The notes below the pieces were generated by a model. That model was not told the DNA's origin and did not search any database. It worked only from the letters and a program-made list of their open reading frames with translations. 64,000 nucleotides of DNA, from the NCBI GenBank assembly GCA_965222155.1, contig CBDCTH010000012.1, positions 1,920,001 through 1,984,000 on the forward strand, read 5' to 3'. This document shows positions 37,882 to 49,184 of the stretch, piece after piece. The translations under genes were made by a program, and so were the position numbers. Every line of letters begins with the position of its first letter. Positions within the stretch are counted from its first letter, which is position 1. The stretch comes from Gammaproteobacteria bacterium (GTDB taxonomy: Bacteria; Pseudomonadota; Gammaproteobacteria; Eutrophobiales; Eutrophobiaceae).

Positions 37882-39008
37882 TGTTTAGTATCGACCAGTG
37901 TCAGGACAGCTTGTGCCGCGCTTTCATCAGCTTTCTGTAAGGATATGTGCAGGTGTGTGAAATATTGGGATAATGACCGGACGTTATCCGGATTATCCAA
38001 CCAGTATCGCAGTGCAGGACCCAGGATTTCCGCCCGGCAATCCGATTGAAAGTACTCGGGAACCAGTCTGCGGTTTGCCAGCAAATTGGGCAGGGATACA
38101 AATTTTACCTTGATCAATGCCCGTACTATCCAAAACGTGAGACTATGCATTCTGTAAGCCACCACCATGGGAACTTTGTGCAGCATCGCTTCCAGGGTAA
38201 CAGTGCCTGAAGCGACTAATGCAACGCTCGCGGCGGCCAATGTGTCTCCAATCCTGTTTTTCACAATTTTCAACTGCAACCCACTGCGTTTTGCGGCGGC
38301 GTTCAACTGTTTTTCTGCGGCATCATTCACTACGTTAGTCACAAACTGGATCTTGTCATAGTGCATATCAAGCCAGACTGCCGTTTCGATAAAAGGGCCT
38401 GTCATCCTGTCCAGTTCCGAACTTCTGCTGCCGGGCAGAACGGCAACCGTCAAAACCTGCGGAGGCAAACCTAGACGCCGCCGTGCGCTTTCTACATCAG
38501 GCTGCAAATCCACCTGTCCGGCCAGCGGATGGCCGACAAAGCTTATCGGAACGCGATGTCTGCGGAAATATTCCACTTCAAAAGGAAATATTGATAACAC
38601 GAGATCTGCGGCCTTTCTGATTTTCCGCACTCGCCAGGTACGCCATGCCCAAATCGTCGGACAGACGTAATGAATAGTCTTTATGCCTTTATTCCTTAAC
38701 CTCCTTTCCAGGCCAAGATTAAAGTCAGGCGCATCAACACCGATAAACACATCAGGCGGATTAGTTATGAAATGGTCAGCTAGTTTCGCCCGTATCTTGC
38801 TCAGTTCCCATACTTTCCCCAGTACTTCCACCAACCCCATAACAGCAAGTTTTTCCATCGGAAACAGAATGTCGCAGCCCGCCTCGCGCAACCTTTCCCC
38901 CCCTATGCCTTCCACCTTGACGTCAGGCCGCTTTTTTCTGATGGACTTGATTAGCTCAGCGGCTAAAAAATCTCCGGAAGGTTCCCCTGCTACAATTCCG
39001 ATTCTCAC
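37857..39008 (-). CDS. lpxB: Lipid-A-disaccharide synthase
   Basis: IVAGEPSGD, VDAPDFN, HYVCPTIWAWR, LPGSR, ASGTVTLE. Confidence 0.97.
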   Translation of the reverse strand: MRIGIVAGEPSGDFLAAELIKSIRKKRPDVKVEGIGGERLREAGCDILFPMEKLAVMGLVEVLGKVWELSKIRAKLADHFITNPPDVFIGVDAPDFNLGLERRLRNKGIKTIHYVCPTIWAWRTWRVRKIRKAADLVLSIFPFEVEYFRRHRVPISFVGHPLAGQVDLQPDVESARRRLGLPPQVLTVAVLPGSRSSELDRMTGPFIETAVWLDMHYDKIQFVTNVVNDAAEKQLNAAAKRSGLQLKIVKNRIGDTLAAASVALVASGTVTLEAMLHKVPMVVAYRMHSLTFWIVRALIKVKFVSLPNLLANRRLVPEYFQSDCRAEILGPALRYWLDNPDNVRSLSQYFTHLHISLQKADESAAQAVLTLVDTKQSQRTQRK

Positions 39009-39045
39009 CTCTACTCACCTGCATGAGTCACTCGTCAACCCGACG

Positions 39046-39819
39046 CTAACGAATAATCCCACGTTCGGATTCCTTGATGAACCGGGTGAAATTGGCGACT
39101 TCCCTGTTGATGTTCGCCAGTGTCTCGAGTTTTTTTATGGCATCTTTAACAAGCAGGCCTTCTCGATAGACGATGCGGTATGCCTTTCTCATAGCCTCAA
39201 CCGTGTCGTCCGAAAACCCGTTACGCCTGAGTCCCACCCTGTTCAATCCGTTCGGTTTAGCGGTATTTCCGGATACCATCAAGTACGGTGGAACATCTTT
39301 TACGATAATGGAAGCAATGGCCGAAATGCTATGGCAACCAACCCGGCAAAACTGGTGCACACCGGTAAATCCGCCCAGGATGGCAAAATCATCAATATGC
39401 ACATGGCCTGCCAGGGTGGCGTTATTGGCGAAAATGGTGTTATTACCCACTTGACAATCATGCGCTATATGAACGTAAGCCATGATCCAGTTGTTATTAC
39501 CGACCCGGGTTATCCCTCCACCTTGCGCCGTTCCGCGGTTGATACTGCAAAACTCCCGTATGACGTTATTGGAGCCGATCTCCAGCTGAGATGCTGCTTC
39601 ACCCTGATACTTTTTGTCCTGGGGGTCATCCCCGATTGATGTAAATTGTGAGATACGGGTTGATTCACCTATACGGGTGGGGCCTTTGATAACTACGTGC
39701 GGCCCTATTTCACAGTTATCTGCAATTTGAACTTGCTCCCCTATGATGGAATAGGCTCCGATCCTGACCCCTGTTCCAATATCAGCATCGGGATGCACTA
39801 TCGCGGTGGGTTCGATCAA
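39046..39819 (-). CDS. lpxA: UDP-N-acetylglucosamine acyltransferase
   Basis: Hexapeptide repeats, PQDKKY, HIAHDC, LAGHV, VHQF. Confidence 0.98.
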   Translation of the reverse strand: MIEPTAIVHPDADIGTGVRIGAYSIIGEQVQIADNCEIGPHVVIKGPTRIGESTRISQFTSIGDDPQDKKYQGEAASQLEIGSNNVIREFCSINRGTAQGGGITRVGNNNWIMAYVHIAHDCQVGNNTIFANNATLAGHVHIDDFAILGGFTGVHQFCRVGCHSISAIASIIVKDVPPYLMVSGNTAKPNGLNRVGLRRNGFSDDTVEAMRKAYRIVYREGLLVKDAIKKLETLANINREVANFTRFIKESERGIIR

Positions 39820-40265
39820 GTCTCCCGGTCCGCAATAGTAGTCAATAAATCCGCATCGGCCACAGTCGTATCGTTCACTTTGGCAACACAGGAAAAGCGC
39901 CAGATATTTCTCCGTAACGCAACGAATTTTACCTCGACCACCAGTTGATCACCCGGCCCTACAGTTTTTCTGAACCTGGCCTTATCAACGCCAACCAGGT
40001 AATACAGCTTGTTCCAGTGCCGCTCCCCCTCATTTGACAACAATCCCAATACCGCGGAGGCCTGTGCCATTGCTTCAATGATAAATACACCGGGCATGAT
40101 CGGCTGCTGGGGGAAGTGCCCCTGGAAAAAAGGTTCATTTACCGTGACGTTTTTAATAGCGGTCAGAGAAACCCCCGGTTCGTAATCTGTCACTTTATCC
40201 AGTAACAGCATAGGATACCGGTGCGGCAGCGCCTTTTTGATCTGCTCGATATTCAGTTCAGGCAT
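39816..40265 (-). CDS. fabZ: 3-hydroxyacyl-ACP dehydratase
   Basis: LPHRYPMLL, KNVTVNEPFFQGHFP..PIMPGV.IIEAMAQ. Confidence 0.98.
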   Translation of the reverse strand: MPELNIEQIKKALPHRYPMLLLDKVTDYEPGVSLTAIKNVTVNEPFFQGHFPQQPIMPGVFIIEAMAQASAVLGLLSNEGERHWNKLYYLVGVDKARFRKTVGPGDQLVVEVKFVALRRNIWRFSCVAKVNDTTVADADLLTTIADRET

Positions 40266-40289
40266 AGCAGGGCAAACCTGTATTCATCG

Positions 40290-40476
40290 GCCACAGAGGA
40301 CACAGAGAGCACAGAGCGGATCGAGATACTCTTTAACACATGGGCAGCCTGCATAATTATTGTCATCTTACTCGTTATTCATGTTGCTTGCTGTGGCTTA
40401 TAGTCTTAAAACGCTTACCTGAACCCGTCGAAAGCATTATATTAGACAACTCTGTGATCTCTGTGCCCTCTGTGGC
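40290..40476. repeat. GCCACAGAG-armed element, copy 6
   Basis: gccacagaggacacagagagcacagag-cggatcgag...ctctgtgatctctgtgccctctgtggc; abuts the lpxD stop. Confidence 0.9.
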
Positions 40477-41493
40477 TTATTGCTTGATCTGTTTTTCCAT
40501 TCGGGCGATTTTTCTTGCAATTTCATCAAGATGCCTGAACCTCACCATATTTTTACGCCAGGTCTTATTATCCGTTACGGGTACTCCCGAAGAATAGACA
40601 CCGGCTTGCCTGATGCTGTTCGATACACCGGACATCCCGGTTATTACTACGTCATCTGCAATCTCAATATGGCCGGTAATGGCGCTGGCTCCGCCAATCA
40701 TACATCTCCTGCCTATTTTTACACTACCGGCAACTACCGCTGCGCCGGCAATAGCCGTATGCTCCCCGACACGGGTATTATGTCCGATCTGCACCTGATT
40801 ATCGATTTTGACCCCGGTTTCTATAACCGTATTTTCCAGGGACCCTCTGTCAATAGTTGTGTTGGCGCCGATTTCAACATCATCGTGAACGACAACATTA
40901 CCCAGTTGAGGAATTTTCAACCAGCGGCCGGCGTCATTGGCGATCCCGTAACCATCCGCCCCCAGCACAACGCCAGGATGGATCAATACCCGCATACCGA
41001 TTTCAACACGCTCCATCAGGCTCACATTAGCATAGAAACGACAATGATCACCGATTACAACGTTTGCTTCAATCACGCAACCCGGACCGATATAAGTCCT
41101 GGAACCGACCGCAACGTTTTCGCCAATGACGCAATTGGCGCCGATAAAACAATCAGCCGCGATATCCGCAGTTGCGTCTACCAGCGCCGATGGATGAATG
41201 CCCGGAGTGAATTCTGCTACCGGGTTAAGAAACCTGGCAGCTTTCGCATAAGCAAGGTAGGGATCATTTGAAATTAATTTCGCTGTCGGACACGCCGATG
41301 CATCCGCTGCGGTCAACACCACCGCACTGGCGCGGGTCGTTTCCAAATCAGCATAATAAAGTTTGTTGACAAAGAAAGACAGGGCGCCCGGCGTCGAATT
41401 ATGCAGACTGGCAACATTGATGATCTCGCTGGCAGGGTCGCCTTGCAGTTCTGCCTCACAAACAGCAGCAATTTCTGCCAATGTTGCGGTCAT
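40477..41493 (-). CDS. lpxD: UDP-3-O-acylglucosamine N-acyltransferase
   Basis: GADGYG, KIPQLG.V, EIGANTTIDRG, KIDNQVQIGHN. Confidence 0.98.
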   Translation of the reverse strand: MTATLAEIAAVCEAELQGDPASEIINVASLHNSTPGALSFFVNKLYYADLETTRASAVVLTAADASACPTAKLISNDPYLAYAKAARFLNPVAEFTPGIHPSALVDATADIAADCFIGANCVIGENVAVGSRTYIGPGCVIEANVVIGDHCRFYANVSLMERVEIGMRVLIHPGVVLGADGYGIANDAGRWLKIPQLGNVVVHDDVEIGANTTIDRGSLENTVIETGVKIDNQVQIGHNTRVGEHTAIAGAAVVAGSVKIGRRCMIGGASAITGHIEIADDVVITGMSGVSNSIRQAGVYSSGVPVTDNKTWRKNMVRFRHLDEIARKIARMEKQIKQ

Positions 41494-41510
41494 GAGTACA
41501 GCAAGCCGTA

Positions 41511-42053
41511 TTATTCAGCTCCATCAATGTCTTTTCCCGAGTCATTTTCCGTCTTCAACTGATCTATGACAAGCTGGGATATATCCACTTTCGGGCTTGC
41601 GTAAATTACGCCTTCATTCAATATCATGTCAAATCCGTTTTCCTGGGCGATCGTATTGATGGCATCGACGATTTCTTTTTGAATCTTTGCAATTTCCTCA
41701 TTCCTGCGAAAGGTGAGATCTTCGCGGAACTCATCCTGGTTGCGTTTCAAATCACGCCGTTCATTGATGATATCTCTCTCCAGTTTGCTCCTTTCCGCCT
41801 CACTCATGATGGGGGCGTCTTTTGTCAAGCGATCTTCCATTTCTTTTAATCCTTTTTGCGCAGCGACCAGTTCCCGGTCGCGCGGAGCAAACTCCTGCTC
41901 AAGCAAATTACGCATCTTCTCAGCCTGGGGGGATTGTTCCAGGATGCGTATCGCGTTAACAGCACCGATCTTATAATCCTCGGCAATCACATCCTGGATA
42001 AAACCAATTGCAAAAAAACATATCAGGAAATGGGTAAGCCTCATAGCTCTCAT
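41511..42053 (-). CDS. skp: Periplasmic chaperone Skp/OmpH (start uncertain, 42044-42062)
   Basis: Signal peptide, KIGAVN, coiled-coil body, DMIL..VIYA..DIS; between bamA and lpxD. Confidence 0.92.
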   Translation of the reverse strand: MRAMRLTHFLICFFAIGFIQDVIAEDYKIGAVNAIRILEQSPQAEKMRNLLEQEFAPRDRELVAAQKGLKEMEDRLTKDAPIMSEAERSKLERDIINERRDLKRNQDEFREDLTFRRNEEIAKIQKEIVDAINTIAQENGFDMILNEGVIYASPKVDISQLVIDQLKTENDSGKDIDGAE

Positions 42054-42088
42054 AGACTCCAATTTGTTATTAATAAACCTCAGTATGC

Positions 42089-42116
42089 GTCATTTCCCGG
42101 CTCAAGTCCGGGATTT
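42089..42116. repeat. Half copy of GTCATTCC-type palindrome
   Basis: gtcatttcccggctcaagtccgggattt resembles the arms at 37660 and 59369. Confidence 0.5.
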
Positions 42117-42198
42117 ACTCTGAAAATACCAGAATTCTGAAATACAGATTTCAATTTTCTCATAAAAACGGCAGAAGCTCCCGATAAATCAGGTTTTT

Positions 42199-44526
42199 CT
42201 AAAATGTCGATCCAAAGGTAAATTGAAACGGCTGCGTCTCATCTCCTGCCTTGTCTCCAATGGGTCTGGCTATACTAACACTTACCAGACCAAAAGGTGA
42301 GATCCAGATACCACTTAAACCCGTAGAATACCTGAGTTCACTAAACTCAAACGATTCATCACTGGAGTAAACGTTACCACCATCAAAAAACGCAGCGAAC
42401 CGAACCTGCTTGAAATCCTTGAGAAAAGGTATGGGAAATATCATTTCCGCCCCACCCACCACCTTGATATTGCCACCTAACGGCCGACGCCTGGTCCCTC
42501 CATGGACCGGCGTGTCCTTGGGCCCCAGGGTATTTTCCTCATAACCGCGTACGGAACGGGGCCCACCGGCATAGAAATTTTCAAAAAACGGGAGTTCATC
42601 TGTTCCAAACAGGCCATTGCCATAGCCAAAATCACCCTTGACGGTAAAAATGAAACTGCGCAGGACCGGGTGGTACCACTGGGTGCGGTATCCGACTTTA
42701 AAAAACTCCAGGGAATTACCGAATGAGGGAACCGCTACCTCGGTACTGAACCGGTGCTGTACCCCCCGGGTCGGGAATATCGCGCGGTTGCGCGTGTCGT
42801 AGGAAAAGGCGGCAGAGAGCCTGAGAATATCGAATTTGTTTCCTTCCCGCTCGATAAAATCCGCCACTTGCTGTGCAAAGAAGCGATCTTCGGATAACGT
42901 GGTGTTTTCGTAACCGAATGAGGTACTGATAAAATTATATTCCGTCACCGGGACACCAAAACTGACGCCGACGCCGATGACCCGGCTGTCGAATGCGGTA
43001 ATGTTTGCGTCATATGCCTCGGTTTGCTGGTAATTTACGTTAAATCCCCGGCTTATTCCGTCAACGGTATAGTAAGGATTTACATAACCCAGGGCAAACC
43101 TGCGATTGATATCACTGTTATTAAACGCAAACTGGATACGTTTCCCGGAGCCCAGGAAATTGTCCTGGGTGATGCTGGTCTGGAATATCAATCCCTGATT
43201 CTGGGAAAAGCCCAGGCCAGCCAGAAAGTTACCGAACGGCTTTTCAGTCACGGTATAATTTACATCAACCTGGTCCGCGGAACCGGCTATGGCCGGCGTC
43301 TCGACATTCACTTCTTCAAAGTAGCCCAGTCGTTGCAGCCTGATCTTACCCCGCTCAACCTTAGGGGTTGAAATCCAGCCTCCTTCATGCTGGCGCATTT
43401 CCCGTCTCAAAACATCATCTTTGGTCCTGGTATTACCCGAAAAATTGATCCTTCTCACGTAAACCCGTTTCCCCGGGTCCACAAAAAAAGTCACTTCCAC
43501 CGTGTTCTCTTCTTCATTGATATCCGGGATGGAATTGATATTGGCAAAAGCATATCCGGTGCCGCCCAGGCGTTCAGTCATCCGTTCACTGCTGTCAGTC
43601 ACCTGTTTGCGTGAGAAAAGGCTTCCCTGGGTTACGCTGATCAGGTTGTACAACTGCTGCTCCGGAATAATGAACTCACCTGCCAGCTTCACCCCTGACA
43701 CGGTGTATTGCCCGCCTTCAGTGATATTGATAGTGATGTATATATCTTTCTTGTCAGGAGTAATCGATACCTGGGTGGAGTCAATGCTGAAGTTCACGTA
43801 ACCCCGGTCGAGGTAATACGAGCGCAGGGTTTCCAGGTCACCCGATAATTTTTGGCGCGAATACTGGTTGTCCTTGGTAAAAAAGGAAAACAACGTGGGC
43901 CTGGACAATTCAAAATCGTCCAGTAAATCGTCCTCCTTGAAGGACTGGTTACCAACGATATTAATCTGTTTGATCCGAGCCGCTTTCCCTTCCGAGATAT
44001 CGATAGACACCGCAACCCGGTTATTGGCTAACGGCGTAACATCCGAATTGATCGTCACGGCGTATTTGCCAGCAGAAAAATACTGCCTGCGCAGTTCACG
44101 CTCCAGTCCATCAAGCTGCGACTGGTCGAACACCCGTCCTTCCGCAAAGCCTATCTGGTTCAGGCCATCCAGCAAATCCTCGGTTTTTATGTCCTTGTTG
44201 CCACTGATTTCAATACTGCCTATTGCCGCCCTTTCCTTCAATACAATAACCAGGATGTTGCCATCCCGCTGCAGTTGGACATCATCAAAAAAACCCGTCT
44301 TGAACAGGGCGCTGACGGCTTCTGCGGAAATGCCTGGATTAAACGTGTCACCCACTTCCAGAGGCAGGTAATTGAATACGGTTCCCGGAGTCAGGCGTTG
44401 CAGTCCCTCGACCCGAATATCCTCAATAACAAATTCCTGTGCACATACCCGGGGAAGGAAGCCGGTGAACAACAACGTCACCAGAATTGATGTGCAGAAA
44501 CAGGCTTTTAATCTTGCGGGCAACAT
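42199..44526 (-). CDS. bamA: Outer membrane protein assembly factor BamA
   Basis: POTRA repeats ([11 protein letters not shown]), FYAGG..VRGY, C-terminal FQFTFGSTF. Confidence 0.98.
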   Translation of the reverse strand: MLPARLKACFCTSILVTLLFTGFLPRVCAQEFVIEDIRVEGLQRLTPGTVFNYLPLEVGDTFNPGISAEAVSALFKTGFFDDVQLQRDGNILVIVLKERAAIGSIEISGNKDIKTEDLLDGLNQIGFAEGRVFDQSQLDGLERELRRQYFSAGKYAVTINSDVTPLANNRVAVSIDISEGKAARIKQINIVGNQSFKEDDLLDDFELSRPTLFSFFTKDNQYSRQKLSGDLETLRSYYLDRGYVNFSIDSTQVSITPDKKDIYITINITEGGQYTVSGVKLAGEFIIPEQQLYNLISVTQGSLFSRKQVTDSSERMTERLGGTGYAFANINSIPDINEEENTVEVTFFVDPGKRVYVRRINFSGNTRTKDDVLRREMRQHEGGWISTPKVERGKIRLQRLGYFEEVNVETPAIAGSADQVDVNYTVTEKPFGNFLAGLGFSQNQGLIFQTSITQDNFLGSGKRIQFAFNNSDINRRFALGYVNPYYTVDGISRGFNVNYQQTEAYDANITAFDSRVIGVGVSFGVPVTEYNFISTSFGYENTTLSEDRFFAQQVADFIEREGNKFDILRLSAAFSYDTRNRAIFPTRGVQHRFSTEVAVPSFGNSLEFFKVGYRTQWYHPVLRSFIFTVKGDFGYGNGLFGTDELPFFENFYAGGPRSVRGYEENTLGPKDTPVHGGTRRRPLGGNIKVVGGAEMIFPIPFLKDFKQVRFAAFFDGGNVYSSDESFEFSELRYSTGLSGIWISPFGLVSVSIARPIGDKAGDETQPFQFTFGSTF

Positions 44527-44584
44527 GACTGCCTATATTAAAACACTCAGCCCGACAAATCCATCATTCACCCTGCATATGCTG

Positions 44585-44741
44585 TGTTGTCTGCCGGAAG
44601 AGGGTTTTGGGCGCTGTTTGTCCGTGACTAGCGCCATGGACGAGCGCGGGACGGGCCAGAGCCTGCCCCTGCATGTCGTAAGCAGGGGGATGGCCCTCGG
44701 AACGGACAGACAGCGCCCAAAACCCGGCGGGCAGGTAACAC
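44585..44741. repeat. Long hairpin element (GGTTTTGGG...CCCAAAACC family), copy 2
   Basis: gggttttgggcgctgtttgtccg / cggacagacagcgcccaaaaccc arms; same loop as 6437-6530 plus an inserted mini-hairpin. Confidence 0.85.
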
Positions 44742-44744
44742 CGC

Positions 44745-46115
44745 TTACCCGGCAAGTCTGATAATGTCATTATAAATGGCCAGGGTCATAAGACCGAACA
44801 GCAGTACAATGCCGATACGCTGACCAAGCAGTTGTACGGATTCGGATACCGGGCTGCCCTTGAAAAATTCTATCAAATAATAGAACAGGTGACCTCCGTC
44901 CAGTAACGGAACAGGCAACAGATTCAACACCCCCAGACTGACACTGACGATGGCCAGAAACCCCAGAAAGGCGACGATACCCAGTTGTGCGGTCTGCCCT
45001 GCGTATTGGGCAATGCTGACCGGACCACTCAGGTTTTTCAGCGAAGCCTCACCGGTTATCATCCTGGCCAGGATCTGCAGGGTGATAACGGTCATATCAA
45101 GCGTTTTGCGAATCCCTTTTACCAGGGCGGTATGCAGCGGATAGGCTTCAACCGCAAACAGGGATTGATCAGCGTTGAAGTCCGGATCCAGCCCTACCCC
45201 AATAAAACCGATTGTCCCTCCCTCCTCAGAGACCTTTTCCTCAGGTGTTAATACTATCTCCATGTCATCACCGCCCCTGGATAGCCTGACGGACAGGGGA
45301 ATACCCGGTGCAGCCCTGATAAGTTCCACCCAGTGTTGCCAATCCCTGACAGCCGCACCGTCAACGGCTACTATTCTGTCACCGGCTACCAGGCCGGCCT
45401 CCCGGGCCGCGCCCTGGTTTGCAACCTCACCGATAATTGCAGGTATTGCCGGGCGTACGGGTTCGACACCCAGCAGACGCAACAAATTCCCTTCGGCCAT
45501 GGCATCAATCGGTATTGACGCGAGGTCGACTTCCAGCCAACGTTCATATCCCCGGGTATCCTTTACGCTGACAGTCGCTACGCTGCCATCGATCACTCCG
45601 GCAACCAGTTTCTCCAGGGCCGTATTCCAGGTCGGTGTTCCCTGCCCGTTAATTTCCGTAATTTTATCACCTGCCCGAAAACCGGCCTGCATAGCGACGG
45701 AACTCTCCTCTACTGAACCGACTATGGGTTTCAATCCGGTTACGCCAAGTCCGTAGATAACCCAATAAGCCAGAACAGCAAAAATAAAATTGAATAACGG
45801 CCCCGCTACGACAATGGTAAAACGCTCACCGAGTGACTTGTTATTAAACGCCCTGGTACGTTCCGGTTCGGACACGGAGCCCTCCCGTTCGTCCAGCATT
45901 TTCACGTACCCCCCCAGAGGAATTGCGCCAATGACAAATTCAGTATTGTCTATGCCGAACACTTTACGCCACAGGGGACGCCCGAAACCAACTGAAAATC
46001 GCAGGATTTTTACATCGCATTTCCTGGCGACCCAGTAATGCCCGAATTCATGAAAGGTGATCAAAATCCCCAGGGCGAAAATAAACGCGAAGACCATCTG
46101 CATCATAGCTATCAT
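44745..46115 (-). CDS. rseP: RIP metalloprotease RseP
   Basis: HEFGH, IPLGGYVKM, AGPLFN, two PDZ domains, NLLPVPLLDGGH. Confidence 0.98.
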   Translation of the reverse strand: MIAMMQMVFAFIFALGILITFHEFGHYWVARKCDVKILRFSVGFGRPLWRKVFGIDNTEFVIGAIPLGGYVKMLDEREGSVSEPERTRAFNNKSLGERFTIVVAGPLFNFIFAVLAYWVIYGLGVTGLKPIVGSVEESSVAMQAGFRAGDKITEINGQGTPTWNTALEKLVAGVIDGSVATVSVKDTRGYERWLEVDLASIPIDAMAEGNLLRLLGVEPVRPAIPAIIGEVANQGAAREAGLVAGDRIVAVDGAAVRDWQHWVELIRAAPGIPLSVRLSRGGDDMEIVLTPEEKVSEEGGTIGFIGVGLDPDFNADQSLFAVEAYPLHTALVKGIRKTLDMTVITLQILARMITGEASLKNLSGPVSIAQYAGQTAQLGIVAFLGFLAIVSVSLGVLNLLPVPLLDGGHLFYYLIEFFKGSPVSESVQLLGQRIGIVLLFGLMTLAIYNDIIRLAG

Positions 46116-46121
46116 CAGTTT

Positions 46122-46436
46122 AGCCCGGATTTCTCACTAGGCCGCTAGATGCCGCCGGAGATTTGTTTGCTGTCAATGAGTTTAAATACATTCTTCACTA
46201 TGTCGCCATTACAGGCTACGCTTGATGCGCCCTCGCTTGTCTTTTTGCCGCCAGCGGGCACGTGTTCATTGCGCCCATCCCTGGGCGCAACCCTGCGGGC
46301 GGCTGTCGCCGTGCAAATTGTCTATCCTGACAATTTGTCCCTCAACCAGAGCTACAGCTATGGTTTCGGTCGCAGGCACCCGCTGGCGGCAAAAATCCGG
46401 CGCGATCATCGCATCACCTGGTGAGAAATCCGGGCT
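46122..46436 (+). mobile_element. MITE-like element with 20-bp terminal inverted repeats, copy 1
   Basis: agcccggatttctcactagg / cctggtgagaaatccgggct (19/20); interior homologous to 50495-50813 in the opposite orientation. Confidence 0.75.
46268..46339 (+). mobile_element. 72-bp multi-hairpin mini-element, copy 1
   Basis: Present as a clean insert after GTTC; the empty site is visible in the other host copy. Confidence 0.75.
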
Positions 46437-47611
46437 GCCAGCCTCCGGCATTGATCAGTTGCGTAAGACCGGGCTTTCCTGTCCGCGTCCAGGATCTGTT
46501 CCAGCGTATCGGCAGCCTGGTTCTCAATGCCGTCCAGAGTTTGTTTCACGACCTCCGCTATTTCCGTATACCTGATATGGTTTCCCAGGAATTCCGCAAC
46601 TGCAACTTCATTGGCGGCATTCAATATGGCCGTAGCAGTTCCGCCCTCAGCCAGCGCCTGCCTTGCCAACCCCAGGCATGGGAACCTGTCCGGGTCAGGT
46701 TTTTCAAAGTTCAATTGCGATACGTCGAACAGGCTCAGCTTTTCCACCCCGGAATCGATTCGCCGCGGCCAGGCCAGGCCATGGGCTATGGGTGTGCGCA
46801 TATCAGGATTTCCCAACTGCGCCAGAACCGAACCGTCGGAATACTCGACCAGAGAATGAATAACACTCTGCGGATGGATTACGACTTCAATATTCTCAGC
46901 GGTAGTATCGAACAGCCAGCAGGCTTCAATCACCTCCAGCCCCTTGTTCATCATGGTGGCGGAATCCACCGATATCTTTCTTCCCATATCCCAGTTGGGA
47001 TGTGCACAGGCCTCAGCGGGAGTCACATTTCTCAACTCCTGTAACGCTTTTGTCCGGAACGGTCCACCCGATGCGGTAAGCAGGACCCGCGTTACGCCGG
47101 CCTGCTCCAACCCGGCGTTGAAGTTCTGTGGCATACATTGGAATATGGCATTGTGCTCACTGTCGATGGGCAGTAATTGAGCGCCGTTTTCTCTTATTGC
47201 ATCCATAAACAGTTTTCCCGACATCACCAACGCCTCCTTATTGGCAAGCAATACCCGTTTGCCGTTGCGCGCAGCCGCCAGTGTGGGCAGCAAACCCGCG
47301 GCGCCGACGATTGCCGCCATGACGTAATCCGTCTCGCTGCACCCGGCGATCTCCTGTAATCCCTCCTGCCCTGATAACACCTTGATGTCCGGCGCTTCCT
47401 GTTGCAGTGCATCTTTCAAGTGGCCGGCTGCTTCAATGTCTGCCATGGCTGCATAGCGTGGCCTCCAATCGAGGCATTGCTCAAGCATCCCCCCGACGTT
47501 GGTGTTACCCGTGAGCCCAATCAATTCAAACATATCCCTGTGTCTGGCCATCACATCCAGTGTACTTAACCCGATACTTCCGGTTGACCCCAGGATAGTT
47601 ACGCCGATCAA
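46406..47611 (-). CDS. dxr: 1-deoxy-D-xylulose 5-phosphate reductoisomerase
   Basis: [40 protein letters not shown]. Confidence 0.98.
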   Translation of the reverse strand: MIGVTILGSTGSIGLSTLDVMARHRDMFELIGLTGNTNVGGMLEQCLDWRPRYAAMADIEAAGHLKDALQQEAPDIKVLSGQEGLQEIAGCSETDYVMAAIVGAAGLLPTLAAARNGKRVLLANKEALVMSGKLFMDAIRENGAQLLPIDSEHNAIFQCMPQNFNAGLEQAGVTRVLLTASGGPFRTKALQELRNVTPAEACAHPNWDMGRKISVDSATMMNKGLEVIEACWLFDTTAENIEVVIHPQSVIHSLVEYSDGSVLAQLGNPDMRTPIAHGLAWPRRIDSGVEKLSLFDVSQLNFEKPDPDRFPCLGLARQALAEGGTATAILNAANEVAVAEFLGNHIRYTEIAEVVKQTLDGIENQAADTLEQILDADRKARSYATDQCRRLAARISHQVMR

Positions 47612-48441
47612 TTTACTCCCTCCAATAACAGGACCCCGGTGTAAAATACCGGCGCTGCCGCAGTGAGACTGTCTATCCTGTCCAGAGCACCTCCGTGGCC
47701 GGGTAACAATTCTCCGCTGTCCTTAACTCCTCTACTTCTCTTCAACATACTCTCCATGAGATCGCCGACAACAGATATGGCAATCGTGACCAGGCAAACC
47801 AACAGGAACAGTATGGACTTGTATAGCGTCATTTGCACTAACAGGGAACACAGGACTGCGGCAGACAGGCCAAACCCAAGGGCGCCATATAAACCCTCCC
47901 AGGTTTTACCCGGACTGACATGACCGGCAAGTTTTTTCCTGCCCCATCTTTGACCTACGTAATAAGCTCCTGTGTCCGCCACCCAGATCAATACAAATAA
48001 ACACGTTACCAGCAGCGGGCCACGCAATTCAGGATCAGCGTGCAGTGCGACCACTGATACCCAGGCGGGAACCAACACGATGATACCGATGCCCGTCTGT
48101 AATATCGGTCCGGGATCGAATATTTCGCCGTCTTGCCGGCGCAAGATCAATATCAGCGCCACCAGCCACCAGACAAGTGAAAAGCCCACGATAAACAACG
48201 TCATAACGCTGTTGATATTGCAGTAACAGGCTATCAAAAGCAATGCGGTCAATACCACTACAATTGCTTTCCAGTGTGTTTTCCGTGGTCCTGCCAAATC
48301 TGCCCATTCCCAGATGCCTGCCAGAACAACAACGGCGCATAACCCGGCAAACAGTTTGTGTGTGCCGTAAACTGTTACCCCAAGAACCAGCGGTATCAGC
48401 ACCAGAGCAGTACTTATCCTGGAATTAACCCGCAGTTTCAT
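47608..48441 (-). CDS. cdsA: Phosphatidate cytidylyltransferase
   Basis: [43 protein letters not shown]; start moved to ATG 48441. Confidence 0.96.
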   Translation of the reverse strand: MKLRVNSRISTALVLIPLVLGVTVYGTHKLFAGLCAVVVLAGIWEWADLAGPRKTHWKAIVVVLTALLLIACYCNINSVMTLFIVGFSLVWWLVALILILRRQDGEIFDPGPILQTGIGIIVLVPAWVSVVALHADPELRGPLLVTCLFVLIWVADTGAYYVGQRWGRKKLAGHVSPGKTWEGLYGALGFGLSAAVLCSLLVQMTLYKSILFLLVCLVTIAISVVGDLMESMLKRSRGVKDSGELLPGHGGALDRIDSLTAAAPVFYTGVLLLEGVN

Positions 48442-49153
48442 TCTGCTTGAGTTGTTCTGAAGTGCGACCGAAGCGACGCTGTCTGCCGATATAGGATTCC
48501 AATGCCTTGTCAAATTCGACCTCGTCAAAATCCGGCCAGTACACATCGGTAAAATACATTTCCGTATACGCCAGTTGCCACAACAGGAAATTACTGATAC
48601 GCACTTCTCCTCCCGTTCGAATGAACAGATCAGGATAGTCCGGCAGGTCCAGGTGGCGCCTCAAGCTTTCTTCCGAGATATATTCTCCGCCCCTGTTTTG
48701 CGCGGACAACGCGGCGAAGAGTTTTTTGCAGGCGGATACGATTTCCCGACGCCCACCATAATTTATCGCTATGACCAGATTTAACCCGTTATTTGCCGAA
48801 GTTTTACATCTGGCATTTTGAATAGATACCTGTAGCTCGTCGGGAAAAACAGAAATATCGCCGATAAAAGACAGCCTGACATTATTTTTATGCAGTTCGT
48901 CGATCTCGTCATCCAATGCAGTTATGAATAGCTCTATCAATAGCGCCACCTCGGCATCCGGCCGCTGCCAGTTTTCAACGCTGAAAACATATACGGTGAG
49001 CGTCTTTATCTCACGGCAAATACTGTGTTCAACCGTTTCGCGCAACGCATCTATACCGGCTTTGTGACCGGCCGCTCGTGGCAATCCCCTGCTCTTTGCC
49101 CACCTGCCGTTGCCATCCATGACGATGGCGACGTGCCCCGGTATATTTTCCAT
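48425..49153 (-). CDS. uppS: Undecaprenyl diphosphate synthase
   Basis: [41 protein letters not shown]. Confidence 0.98.
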   Translation of the reverse strand: MENIPGHVAIVMDGNGRWAKSRGLPRAAGHKAGIDALRETVEHSICREIKTLTVYVFSVENWQRPDAEVALLIELFITALDDEIDELHKNNVRLSFIGDISVFPDELQVSIQNARCKTSANNGLNLVIAINYGGRREIVSACKKLFAALSAQNRGGEYISEESLRRHLDLPDYPDLFIRTGGEVRISNFLLWQLAYTEMYFTDVYWPDFDEVEFDKALESYIGRQRRFGRTSEQLKQNETAG

Positions 49154-49154
49154 T

Positions 49155-49183
49155 AGCCCGGATATTACACCAGTGGATGCGAT
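49155..49183. repeat. Solo terminal repeat of the TA-flanked MITE-like family
   Basis: agcccggatattacaccagtggatgcgat versus acccggatattgcgccagtggatgcgat at 50497-50524. Confidence 0.75.
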
Positions 49184-49184
49184 C

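Noticed and set aside
46268-46339. The 72-bp element as a tRNA gene
   Set aside because: tRNA-sized, but it has no acceptor stem closing the ends, no internal T-loop/D-loop consensus and no CCA
46149-46575. ORFs 46149-46424, 46222-46575 and similar ORFs at 50487-50748 as a small paralogous protein family
   Set aside because: The similarity comes from the non-coding repeat; reading frames and module order differ between copies
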